Assembly (NCBI RefSeq): GCF_036321535.1
Contig: NC_087437.1
Coordinates: 107,510,001 to 107,574,000 of the forward strand
Length of the DNA stretch: 64,000 nucleotides
Direction of reading: 5' to 3'
Source: Camelus dromedarius
Lineage: Eukaryota
Position 1 is the stretch's first letter, and each line of letters begins with the position of its first letter. Below the pieces are notes generated by a model. It saw only the letters and a list, made by a program, of their open reading frames with translations, had not been told where the DNA came from and did no database searches. Positions 26,360 through 39,287 of the stretch are shown piece by piece. The translations under genes and the position numbers were made by a program.

Positions 26360-28308
26360 GTTGCTTTGTAAATCTATTGTATAGCACATTTTGATGTAAC
26401 TTGGAAACTTGGAATGGTTGTTAAACTTTATGTGTTTTCCAGTGAGAAAAATACAAGGTAGTGGCGGGTGGGGGAGGCAGCAGAGTACAGGGGAAGAGGA
26501 CTGGAATTATCAACTGCTCTCAGCAGAGATGAGCTGCAGGAGAAATTCAATGCCGTGAATTGCCCACTAACAGAGCCCAAGGGCAAATTATTTTCATCTT
26601 GAGACCTTTTTTGAAGTCCTAGTCTAATTTGATCTTCCTTATTTTACTTTCCTATAAAACCTGCAATTTTCCCTCATCTCAGTGAATGCTACCTGCCACG
26701 ATTCTTATAGTTTTAGTATTTGTTTAATGACTATGCCTTCCATGTTGAATTGTAAGTTCCACATGGCAGGGGTGACTGTTCACTGCCACGAACTGTCCTT
26801 GGCTTTTTCTTTACTTCAAGTCTACCCCCATGCTAACTCATTCTTCCGCTGTTTTGCTGTGGTTTCCAATGAAGTTCAACAGAGAGAGGCTCACTGCTAC
26901 CTCTTCTCTTCCACTGGTGTCTGAAATTAGTGACTGGCCTAGAAATTGGCTGTTCCTGAGGTAGATGGTGCAGTTCTGGTCCAAAAACCCATAGACAGAA
27001 TTCACATTATTTTTCATAATGATGATTTTGAAATCACAGCCACATTCAGATACACTTTGTGTAAATCCAGCTTTTCCTGAAGTTTTTCTGCCTCATGAAT
27101 TCTTATGCATATGAAGAATTTTCTTTCTTTGAAACAACTGAATTACAATCATTAATGTTCAATATAAAGAGCATAGAATTCCTGCTTTTTCTAACATTTT
27201 ATCATGCACATTTTCAAACAAAAAAGATGGAAGAAATTTATTGTGAAATCACAGGTAACAATACACAACCTAGGTTCTACAATGAACCATTTACTGCACT
27301 TGCTTTATCACATAATTATTGATGTATCCATCCCTCTTTATATCCATCAACCTGACTTTGAAATGCATAAAAAAGTGGAGCCATCAGTATAGTTTATCCC
27401 TAACTGTTTCGGCATGCACATGGTATTAAAACTTTAAAAATATTAAATTTCTCATTAATTTTGATGATGCAAAATTTTATAAAATTGTCATAAACTGTTC
27501 TTAAAATTAATCTGATAAATTTAATAACAATAACAAATAGTCTATGATCACTTATAGATCGATTCTGGCTAACAAACAATGGTCTACAGTATGGCACACA
27601 TTAAGCACTCAATAAATATTAGCTGCCTGAACAACCAAACAAATGAATAGATGAAGGAATGAAGGTACAGCGAACGGCTGCTTGTATTACTTGGATGGCA
27701 GATTAGAGGAGTGTGTTAGTAAAAAAAAAAAAAAAAAAAAAGGAATTTGACCAAGTAAGCATATATAAGTACAATGCAAACTACAAACCTTTCAAGAAAA
27801 AAAAATTGGAAAAATATAGGATCAATTTGTATTCAAGTTTAGAAACAGAAATTTTCAATATGAGACTTTTTAAATTTAATTATTTCAACATGTTAAATTA
27901 ATGGAGGCGTATTAGGAAATAATTAGTTACAGGTCTAAGATCCCATTTATTTATCCTTCCCTAATTATTTTTCAGAGGACTTGAAATAACTGTATTTCTA
28001 CTCCAACTACTGCCTCTCTTGGTAATGCTTAACTTTAAATGTAATCAACCATTTAGCCTAGTTTAAAAAACATTTTATAAACATAATACACGTTTAGTTT
28101 AGAAAATGTATTTACTTTATAAAACCACATGTTGTAGAAAGAGGAAACTAAAGCTAGATAAAGCCAAAGTTGAAATATTTGTTGTTAAAATCTTTTCCAA
28201 TAGTCCAACTTTGGTGAACAAACCAAACACAATTAACCTTGGTTTGAGAGTTGGCTCTCTATTAGCAATAAGATCCTGGTGTTCGCGTTAAAGTATTGTG
28301 CTAATGTG

Positions 28309-28573
28309 TGTCTTAGTCAATTCCAGATGCTATAAGAAACTACCATAAAATGGGTGGCTTATAAAAAACAGAAATTTGTTTCTCATATTCTGGAGGAACT
28401 GGGAGAGGGAGGTCTCTGGAGTCCCCTTTATAAGGGCACTAATTCCATCTATGAAGGCTTTGCCCTCATGACCTTCTGACCCCCTCCAAGTTCCTGCCTT
28501 CAAATACCATCACAGTAGGAACTAGATTTCACCATGTGAATTTTGGGAGGACACAAATATTTAGTTTATAGCA
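28309..28573 (-). mobile_element. MLT1A-type solo LTR, internally deleted
   Basis: 'tgtcttagtc...gggtggcttataaaaaacagaaattt...gaattttgggaggacacaaatatttagtttatagca'; TSD atgtg / ttgtg. Confidence 0.85.
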
Positions 28574-28999
28574 TTGTGTCAGATGGCATTGTAAGCAGTC
28601 ATTTAAAAAATGTGTGTGTGTGTTTCTGACTGAAACAAACAATCCTGATGTTCTCTTTTAGGAGAAAGAGAGATGGCTTGCGATGTTGTAGTGGAAATAA
28701 GATTGACCTCACACAAAAAAGAAAGACCTCTTTCAAGATTTCACATAACATAGATTCACTTACTGTTAATTCAATTTAGCAAACGTTAATTAAGTTTTGG
28801 CTGAGTTAGGCACACAATTAGTTAGCTAAAATGATTCCTATTTTTCTCAATTGACTCTTCTAAATTCCAGTGTTTTGCAAAATATGCAAGTTGTAAATTG
28901 ATGTGATTTCTTTATACCTTCAGTATAACTGTAAATTATATCCTGAGAGAATTCCTTAAGGAAATCTGTATTCCACATATGTTTTACAAATATAAAGAA

Positions 29000-29037
<38 letters not shown>

Positions 29038-29057
29038 CATCCATCCATCCATCCATC
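29000..29057. repeat. Compound tetranucleotide STR (TCTG)n(TCTA)n(TCCA)n
   Basis: Directly visible. Confidence 0.95.
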
Positions 29058-29301
29058 CTAATTATTAATCCCAATTTACAATATAGTGGCATTTTCTTGT
29101 TTCCAGAGAGAAAACATCTGTTAATGAAGGCATACTGGATATGCTTCTGAAAATTTCTTTCTTAGTGAATGATTTAAATTAGGGAAAACCTTGTTAAATA
29201 CAGTAGCTATTGGGAACCTCGTTTAATGCAAAGGCTAGGCAAATTTTTAAAAAGCCATACCCAGTGACAGCTATCTTCCATATTGTGAAAAGCCACTGTC
29301 T

Positions 29302-29325
29302 ACACACACATACACACACACACCC

Positions 29326-29371
<46 letters not shown>

Positions 29372-29374
29372 ACA
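29302..29374. repeat. Compound dinucleotide STR (CA)n(CT)n(CA)n
   Basis: Directly visible. Confidence 0.95.
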
Positions 29375-30092
29375 TTCTAAAAGTCCTGGAGAACTTGAAA
29401 TTCAGGAAAAATATAAACCAAAGTTACTTTGCATTAGTGAATCCATCTTGGATTAAGTATATCTAATAGTGCTTATATAATTGTTTGCAAAGGCATGTCC
29501 AAAGCCTATAAAATAATTAAAGATTATAGGGTAACATTCCATGCTATTAAATTGTCTTTATTGGAGGAAGGCTCAGAAAGTGATGTAAAATCCTCAGGTG
29601 CCAAAAATGTTCTTTCAAGCAGGTGACCTACTTTCCTTAGGACAAGGCTCCAGTTTTCCCAAAAGCTTGCCGTTTAGACTTTAGGAGCAAAAATAAAAGT
29701 GATTTCTGCTTTCTGTTTATATTTAGAACTTACAGCACAGTGGATTTTTTTCTTTTTGTTCATCTGCATTTATAAAATAATGATATGAAATGCAGCTAAT
29801 GGCATGATGAAAAGCATTTATAAAATAATGGGTGGTGGAAAGTCAAACATCAGATCTAGGGGGGAAGTTTAGAAATGTTTTATTACATTTTAGCTCTCTA
29901 AACATAACCAAACAACATCAGAATAGTGCAACAGCTGTTTGGACAATGAAAAAAAAATGTTATTTCATATATAATGTTAGAAACTTTGACCCAAAACTGT
30001 CATAATGACATCTTAAAGAAACACCCAAGACATGGGCAACTACAGTTCTGGCAGATGCATGAAATGGTTATCTTGAGGACAATAATATATAG

Positions 30093-32636
30093 TTTTTTTT
30101 TTTAATTTGAGATATTGTTAATGTACAATAATACATCTTGGGTATATAACAAAGTTATTTATAATTTTAAAGGTTATATTCCATTCATAGTTATTCTAAA
30201 ATTTTGGCTGTATTCCCTGTGTTGTACCATATGTCATTGTAGGTTATTTGTTTTAAACATAGTAGTTTGCACCTCTTAATCCTCTGCCTCTATCTTGCCC
30301 CTATCCACTTCCCATTCCCCATTGGTAACCACTAGATTGTTGTCTAAATCTGTGAATCTGCTTCTTTTTTTTTTGTTATATTTTCTAGTTTATTTATTTT
30401 TTAGATTACACATATTAAGTGATATCATACAGTATTTGTCTTTCTCTGTCTGACTTATTTCACTTAGCATAATGCCTTCCAAGTCCATCCATGTTGTTGC
30501 AAATGGCAAAATTGCATTCTTTTTTATGGCTGAGTAGTATTCCATTATATATTCATACATCTTCTTTATCCCTTCATCTGTTTTTTTTTTTTTCTCATTA
30601 AACTTTGTATTAATGGGTCTTAAAATTCTATGACAGATTTTCGGTCAAGTTGTTTCCATGAAAAAGTACTGTTTTTAAAAATTAATAACTTAAAACTCCC
30701 CCAAACAAAACAAATGATTCACAAAAATTCTCCTTTCCTTCTGAAGGTTTTACAATACATTGTTATCATTAACTAGATTTTTACTATTAAACTTAAATGG
30801 CCAATTGAGACAAACAGTTCTGAGACTGTTTTCCCACCACTGATTAAGACTGGGGTGGCAGGTATAGGGGATAATTTTAATTTAGCCTTCTGGGCACACT
30901 TGGTGACCTTGCCAGGTCTAGCTGCCTTCTTATCCACTGCCTTTATGACACCCACAGCAAACATCTGTCCCATGTCATGAACAGCAAAATGGCCCAGAGG
31001 AAGATAGAGTCTCAACACACATGGGCCTTCTAGGAACCATGTCAATGATGGCAGCATCACCAGATTTTAAGAACTTGAGCCACTTACTAGCTTTTTACCA
31101 GAATGACAATCTTCTCCTTTAGCTTAGCAAACTTGCAAGCAACATTCATCTATTGATGGACACTTGGGTTGCTTCCATATCTTGGCAATTGGAAATTATG
31201 CTTCAGTGAACATCCCGTGCATGTATCTTTTCAAATTATTGTTTTCATTTTTTTAGGATGTATACCCAAGAGTGGAATTGCTGGATCATATCTATTTTTA
31301 GTTTTTTTTTTTTTTTTAGAAACTTCCATACTGTTTTCCATAGTGGCTGCAACAGCTTACATTCCCACCAACAATGTACAAGGTTTCCCTTTTCCACAAA
31401 TCCTTGCCAACATTTGATATTTGTGGTCTTTTCTGATAGCCATTCTGACAGATGTGAGGTGATATCTGATTGTGGTTTTAATTTGTATTTGTCTTATTAG
31501 CAATTTGAGTATTTTTTCTTCTGCCTGTTGGCCAACTGTATATCTTCTTTGGAAAAAATGTCTATTTAGGTGATCTTCAGCACATTTTAATAGCTTTTTT
31601 TTTATGTTGAGCTGTACAGGCTGTTTATATATTTTGGATATTAACCCCTTATCAGTCATATTATTTGTGAATATTTTCTCCCATTCAGTAGGTTGTTGTT
31701 TAATTTTGTTGATGATTTCCTTTGCTGTGCAAAAGCTTTTAAATTTGATTAGGTCCCATTTGTTTATTTTTTACTTTTATTTCTCTTGCCTAGGGGGACA
31801 GATCCAAAAACATTGCTAAGTCTTATGTCAAAGAGTGTACTGCTTATGTTTTCTTCTAAAGGTATTATGGTTTCAGGTCTTACATCTAGGTCTTTAATCC
31901 ATTTTGAGTTTATTTTTTGTATGTAGTGTTAGAGAATTTTCTTATTTCATCTTTTCACCGGTTTTCCCAGCACCACTTATTGAAGAGACTGTCTTTTCTC
32001 CATTGTATATTCTTGCCCTCTTCATCATAGATTAATTGACCATATGTGTGTGGGTTTAGTCTGGCCTCTCTATTCTCTCTGTTCTATCCAATGGTCTGTG
32101 TGTCTGTTTTTGTGCCAGTACATACTTGTTTTGATTACTGTAGCTTTGTAGTATAGGCTGAATTCAGGGAATGTGATAACTCCAGCCATATTCCTCTTTC
32201 TCAAAATCGTTCTGGCTATTCAGTCTTTTGTGTTTCCATACAAATTTTAAAATCATTTGTTCTAGTTCTGTGAAAAATGTCCTTGGTATTTTGACAGGGA
32301 TTGTGTGCAGTGTGTAGTTTGCCTTTATTAGTATGATTGTTTTAACAATATTGATTCTTCCAGTCCATGAACATGGTGTATCTTTCTGTCTGTTTGTGTA
32401 GTCATCAATTTCTTTCATCAGTGTCTTATAGTTTTCTCAGTACGAGCTTTTTAACCTGTGCAGGTAGATTTATTCCTAAGTATTTTAAACTTTTTGATGC
32501 AATTGTAAATGGGATCAGTTCCTTAATTTCTCTTAGAGTTCATTGATAGTATATAGAAATACAACAGATTTCTGTATATTAATTTTATATTCTGAAAATT
32601 TACTGAAAACACTTATGAGCTCTAGAAATTTTTAGG
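30093..32636 (-). mobile_element. 5'-truncated L1 (ORF2 3' part plus 3' UTR), interrupted by a retrocopy
   Basis: ORF2 remnants '[12 protein letters not shown]...[22 protein letters not shown]' (32164..32418) and '[11 protein letters not shown]...' (31357..31659); 3' UTR and poly-T at about 30093. Confidence 0.93.
30583..31142 (-). pseudogene. EEF1A1: 5'-truncated processed pseudogene of eukaryotic elongation factor 1-alpha 1
   Basis: Frameshifted C-terminus ('ACKFAKLKEK', '[15 protein letters not shown]', '[38 protein letters not shown]'), EEF1A1-like 3' UTR ('cctgccaccccagtcttaatcagtggtgg', 'aaaaccttcagaaggaaaggagaat'), poly-A, no introns, 12-bp TSD. Confidence 0.95.
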
Positions 32637-34489
32637 TTTTTTTTTTTTTTTTAAAGGAGTTGATTCCCATATTGAAATAGCTACTATTATGAAGGGGTGA
32701 TAAATTTAAAATTGAACTTCTCAATGAATATTTACATAATACTTGTTCCATTATTGCTATGCTTTTCAATTTTGAAAATTCATCTATTCATGTGTCATTC
32801 CATATATTCATAACCTTATTTATCCCCAAATATGTACATCTCACACTTGGTAAAAAAGTGATTGAAAGGTCCTCCACAGCTCTGTGTGTGTGTGTGTGTG
32901 TGTATCTAAATATATAACCACAATTTTTACTATGTGGTTTCTCACAATGTTTTTACACCTCTTTTTCTCAGCTGCTATATTTTAGGGTCCTGTAGTAATA
33001 TTTTCTTAAGTCAAGTTATATGAAATTATAGAGTGACTTCTAGGAAAAGAAAAACATTCTAGGAATAAAAGTGTGTGGATGTGGTGGACACCAATAAGTT
33101 AAGTAAGTGTGAAGGGAAATATAGGGAAGCCTTGACTTATTGAAAGTTAAATCTTTTGAAAATTCAAATAAAGTGAAAGAGTAATGGGAATGAGAAATAA
33201 CCAGAACACACAAATAAAATAAAATTTTATTTTGGAAATAGTAAGAATAAAGAGAGAGAAAAAAAAAGAGAGAAATCTTATTTAAAGGGGCTACTACTGA
33301 TAGCACAAAGTATAAATAATCTTTCCTTCAAACATCTGCTGTGTCGCCACTTTGCTAATGCTGTATGCTGACAGTATGTCCTAAAATGTCATCACAAGAA
33401 GACTTTCCCTTGATCTGAATTTACTAAGTTCTCATGATTAAATGGAGGTATATTGACAACTATTCTAGCTACTTGCTAGAATAAATATATCCTTGCTACA
33501 TGTTCACAATGTATTTTGTTTCAATTTTTGCTGAAGGTGTTTATCTAACTGTTTGTGTTGAGTTGGAAAGAACTCCATGAATTAGCCAAAAGTGTAATTC
33601 TGTCCCAGGCAGTAATTACATGACAGAGTCAAGCCTTAGGGCTTTGCTTCTCCTTGCAGATCATGATTCCCTAAAAGAAAATGTTTGTTGTATTGTTGAA
33701 ATTTTAAAAGAATTCAGTTTGGCAATGATACTTTATTATTCTTGCTTAACTTGGGAGCCAGAAAACTCAGAACTGAAGATATGGTTCTTCTAAAATGATA
33801 GTTGGAAACTAAATATTAAGTGCATTTAAGAATTTCTGCCTATTTTCTAGAAGTGGCTGACACAGCGAGGTCATTTGAAATCCCATTTAATAGAACCCAG
33901 ACAGAATATTGGCAAACTAGTACTATTCAGCTTTCACACTGCCCTTGCAATAGTAATAGATTTAACATTGACCTTCAATGTAGTTCTTTAAATGCCGGCT
34001 ATTAAAACAGGAAAGATGTGCATTTTCTTCCATAGTGGCAATATTTTATTTCCTACCAATCATGTCCTAATAAATGATACTTAATATAATCACATGATGG
34101 AATTAAGATATGTGCTAGATACAATATATTTTGCATTTAAAAAATAATGTTATCAGATAACATAGCTATGAATATCATTCAAAGAAATGAATGGCTGGTA
34201 ATAATGCTGAATGCAACAGAAGGAAAAACAGGCTTGCACAGTGTTTCTATCCACTTTTCTTTAATAAAAGACTGATTAAAATCAGAGAGGAAATTTAAGA
34301 ACTTCGTCTTCAACAAAAAAGCTTAATGCAGATCCTAGCACTATGGTAAGCAATCTTAGATTATCAGAGAAAAGACATCCTTTGAGTTAACATACAACGA
34401 AGGTTATTAACAATTCTTAACAGCATTATTTATTGTAAGCCAACAAACATCATGACAATTTCTCCATGTTAAGTGTTGTCAATAACTCT

Positions 34490-34795
34490 TCCAGAGTAGA
34501 ATTATCTAATAAAAATGTAATATTTAATTTTATCTTTTCTAATTGCCACATTATAAAGGGAAAAATAAACACTTTCAATAATATATTGAATTTATGTAGT
34601 ATGTCCAATAAATTTTTATTTGAACATTAATCAATGTAAATTGATGAGATATTATGCATTTTTTGTGTGTGTGTTCTGAGTCTTCACAACTGGTGTGCAT
34701 TTTACTCCTACTACACATTTCAATTTGAAATAGCTGCATTTCAAGTGCTCAGTATGCCCATATGCCTAGTGGTTACTGGATCAGCCAGCACAACT
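34490..34795. mobile_element. MER33/MER3-type hAT-Charlie MITE
   Basis: 'ttttctaattgccacatt...tagctgcatttcaagtgctcagtatgcccatatgcctagtggttact'. Confidence 0.75.
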
Positions 34796-36024
34796 TTAAC
34801 ATTGAGTATAGCTCTGTTTCCCAAAGATAACTTAACTTTAGTTAAATAAAAGATAAAATTAAGAACATCTCAAACTATATGAATAGTTTAGCAACTGGAA
34901 GGCACAATTAATACAAATAAGATTTATGGCATCAAATTCAAAGGAGAGAAAGGGAGAAAGAGGTTTACTCTCACATCAAAACAGAATTTTGAAAAATATA
35001 GTTAATGATAATAAACGGTTTTCATACTTTATGACAGTATGTAGTTACGTGGTTATGACAATAACATTAGAGTATTATGTAAAGAACTGTGTTTCATTTC
35101 AGTTCAGCAAATAACTGAAAATCTATCAGCCTGGTCATGGCAATAGGATGGCAAAGAAGTGGTTCTGCCCTCCGTGGACATAAAGTCAAATAAAGGATGA
35201 AGGCATTAGGTTAGTGATAAAAACATACTGTATTTTTGAGATAAAATTTTCCTGTAAACTGTTGGAAGATAGAACAAGGTAAATCTAGTGATAATTGAGA
35301 AAGAACAGATTTTATGAAGCAAATCTATATGGTGGACAGCATTGTTCAGAAATGGATTTTGTAGCCCTGCCCTCACAGTGAAATCTTTCCTGGCTGGGGT
35401 GTCCAAAGGACCTGCATGATTCCACATGGGAGACACAACATAAAAGATGCCCTAGTTGAGGAAAAGGTGCTCTGTATGATATCTAAGATTCTTTCCAACC
35501 CCATGGTACTCTAAGTATATAATTATTGTGAGTAAATTTCTTATTTGAATTTTCATATATAAATATGATTTCAAATTATTTGAAAACAATTAGATACACA
35601 TAACACTAATTAATCATTTGAATTAAAAGGACTTATTCTAAGGTATTATTTCTTCATCAAGAATTTGAGCACACATTACTAATAACTAATAAAAAGTTAA
35701 TAAAACTTTTGGCTTACTCTAAATGACTTTCACCTTGATTCCATTCATTGGACAGACTGTTCTCTTCTGCAAACAAACATCTTATTCCTTTCATATCAAT
35801 CCCGAGTTTGGCCAAGTGAATGAGATGAGTTAAAAAACACCGTCCCCCTGTAAGGTAAACCCATCTATGACAAGGAAGAGGGACTTTCTACTTCTTCCAA
35901 AATTAAAAAAATCTAGATGTCATCTTACTGCTTTGCTTAAATATTGTTTAAACCCAGAAAATCAGACAATGGATACATTCACATGAATTCTATCATGAGT
36001 CCTTAAACATTTACCCTAGATTAC

Positions 36025-36165
36025 ATCATTTTTTTTTCATTTTCATATTCTTTTTCATTAAAGGTTGTTACAAAATATTGAATATAGTTTCCTGTGCTAT
36101 ACAGAAGAACTTTATTTTTTAATCGATTTTTATATGTAGCAGTTACCATTTGCAAATCCAAAACT
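36025..36165 (-). mobile_element. L1 3' UTR fragment
   Basis: 'tcatattctttttcattaaaggttgttacaaaatattgaatatagtttcctgtgctatacag', homologous to the copies at 20013 and 59709. Confidence 0.8.
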
Positions 36166-37414
36166 ATTTGATCTATCAGACCATGACTCCCATGGAAATG
36201 GCTCAGTTGTAAATGAAACTGTTTCATACTTCCTCAGGCTTTCCTTATTGAAAAAATGATTTGTGGTTCCACTTTTTTGCATAAAATTAGGTCTATATAT
36301 TGTTACCCAATCTTAGAATAGTTCTCTAATCTAATTTTCTTTCAAATTTTGATGCCTTTAAGATTATGAGTCAAGTAAATAGATCTCATGAAATACAATC
36401 AGCATTTAAAAGTTAAACTGTTTACATAATTGTAATAGTCTGTTTATATGAATAGGAAAAGAATGTGGCCAGTTGCCCACACACAGCTGGAAATGAAAAC
36501 AGCAGACAGCAAGTGTTCTATCTTAGAACTGATGGAACAGATTACTGAGTGTATACCATGGGGGCTGAATGCAAAGCATTAATACCAGTGATTACAATAC
36601 AGGCATTGCAAATGTCATAAATAACAACATCAAGACATTAGGCAGGCTATGGAAATAAAAAATTTTACCCCAGCATCATTGGGCAGTGACATTGTTTTGT
36701 CAATCATAGTTATATGGACCAAGCTAAAAACTGATATGGAGAAAAATAAATAAGATCCTCAAGGAGTAGGGAATTGAAAAATATAAATAGGAGTGAAAGC
36801 ACTTGGAGACATACTCTAATCGAATGTGTCATAAATAAAATTCTTTACAAACCACTGGGAGTCATATTTCTAGAGTCAATTATGTAAAAGCAAAATATTT
36901 TTGTTCCATTTGTAAATAAAGAAATTAGGGTATCTATTGCTGTTCTGATATGCTTTGTTCAGATTCTTCCCCAATCAAAATAAAATTTACAAATGCCTTC
37001 AAATAATGGTCTAGTTTATGAAGGATTTTTGGAATTAAGTAAATGTAAACCAATTGTTATAATCAAGTTATAAGAAGATTCATCCATTTTTATATTAGCC
37101 TACTAATGTATAATAAACATAAGGTAAAATATGCGTTGAAAAGCACTAATCTTAGATATTTTCAAGTCTTTCAACAAGTTCCAAAATAAATACTGAATTT
37201 TAAAATTATTAACAGGTTATTGGTATTTTTCTCACATTTAGAAATGCAGTTTCAAGAAAGTGTTATTCTAAAGTAGGCAGAAGGGTTTAATACTTTCTAG
37301 CACCATCAGTGACTCATGCTTTCTGCCCAGCAGTCATCTTATTGTGTTATAGGATTTCATTCTCATACTGGCAGCCAGATGGTTACTTTACCTCCACATC
37401 ATGTTTGAGTTCTC

Positions 37415-37792
37415 TCAAGGGTTGAATAGTATCCCCCCAAAATATGTATGTTGGAGTCCTAGTCCCTACTACTTCTGAATGTGACTGTTTGGAAACAAGC
37501 TCTTTACAGATTAAGGACTAATCTAGTATAATTGGTATTCTTATACAAGAGAGCATTTTGGGCACACAGACAGATAAGCATGGAGGGAAGATGATGTCAG
37601 GAGGCACAGGGAGAAGGCAGCCACTACCAGCCAGACCTGGAACAGATCCTTCCCCCATGGATCTCAGAGAAAACCAACTCTGTGACTCCTTGATTTCCAA
37701 CTCCTAAGCCTTCAGAACTATGAGACAGTTTCTATTGTTCAAGCCACACAGTTTGTGGTACTTTGTGATGGCGGCCTTAGTAAAATAAAATA
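37415..37792 (+). mobile_element. MLT1B/MLT1A-type LTR
   Basis: 'gggttgaatagtatccccccaaaatatgtatgttggagtcctagtccc...ttcaagccacacagtttgtggtactttgtgatggcggccttag'. Confidence 0.8.
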
Positions 37793-38949
37793 TGCTCAAA
37801 ACTAAAAGGTGGGAAAAAATGAAGTACTCTTGGCGTTTTCTAGCCATACTTGTCTTTTTATCAAGAAAGTGCTTATTCTAATAAGAACTCCCAGCTGACT
37901 TCTACTCAGGTCTCATTGTCCAGGAGAAGATTATGGATCACCTCAAGCTCAAATGAGGGACTGCCAAAGGTGGGGTGGAGAATGATAGCCGACCCATTGT
38001 AATTTTTACCTTTAAACTTTTCAGTCTAGGGGCATTTCTTTCTTAAAAAAAATAGTGTTGTGTTAGCACTTATGAAATGGAATGATAGCAGTGTCTACCG
38101 CAATAGAGATTTAACTCATTTTGCTACTTGTATGCACCTTCATTTCATGTAGACTTCAAATTCTTCTATGAGAGTTTGGCTAGCTATATTTATGAAGATG
38201 AATGTAATTCAAACAGGTGTGTAAGTTTGAAAGAGAGGATGGGATGCCAAAGAGGTACGTTTAATCTAGGTTTCAGGGAACTTGGAATAAGGCAACTATG
38301 ACATAATTCTAGATTTCTGAATTACAGAGTCTTCCCAACCTCTGTACAAACTTTATCTTACAGTTTTAGTTTTTTTTTAATCACTGAATTACAATATAGA
38401 TATCTATGATAATCTAGAGATATCTAATACCAAGTACTTTTGATTTTAAACATACTCTTGTCTTCAACAAATTAGGGCATTCTCAAGTGACAATAAAGAT
38501 TGAGTTTGACATTGCAAATATTTTTATAATAGCTTGATCTCTACTCATGTCACTATAATTCAATGTCATTTCAAAAGTAATTTCTTGAATAGACAGTTAT
38601 TCTAGTGCTGGAATTTCCCTTGAAGAAGGCAACTATTACCCAATTTGCAAACAGATATTATCCAAGAAGATATTCTTTCTGTTAAGTCTAAACCTGGCTG
38701 GAAAAGTAATTTGCTATGTGAAATGCTTAACAGTATTTTTTACATCAAAATTTTTAAGTTTTTAAACTAACACTTTTATTATTGATATTTTATGATTAAT
38801 TAAAGGTCCAGCTGTAATGGGTTTGCTAATAAATGATGTTTTCTGTTTTGTCCTTACTTCAGTTCATCAATATCTGGTCTGCTCATTCATACTATAAAGT
38901 CATATCTGGAAGGTAGCTGCCAAACCAATTATTACTTTTTCTCCCTCTA

Positions 38950-39190
38950 CATCTCCCAGTCCCCCTGCCTTTAACCTGTAGTAGCCATTTGTACTAGTCT
39001 TCACCCAGCTGAATGAAAGTAGACGTCGTGTGTGCCACTTTGGGACCAAGACTTTCAAGATGTGGGTGTGCCTTCTTCATAGTTTATTCCACTCTGTCCT
39101 GCTGGCTAGTTGTTGATGGCGGTGAGGCCCTCTGGGATGGTAGAACGACAGAATAAAGGGGGCCTCAGTTCATAAATGGCAGCATGGCTA
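38950..39190 (+). mobile_element. Old MLT1 LTR fragment
   Basis: 'tgaaagtagacgtcgtgtgtgccacttt', 'gatggtagaacgacagaataaaggggg'. Confidence 0.5.
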
Positions 39191-39248
39191 AACACAAATG
39201 GAAATAGGATCTCTTTTTACATCAGTTAGTTTCCTTTAACCAATGAGG

Positions 39249-39287
<39 letters not shown>

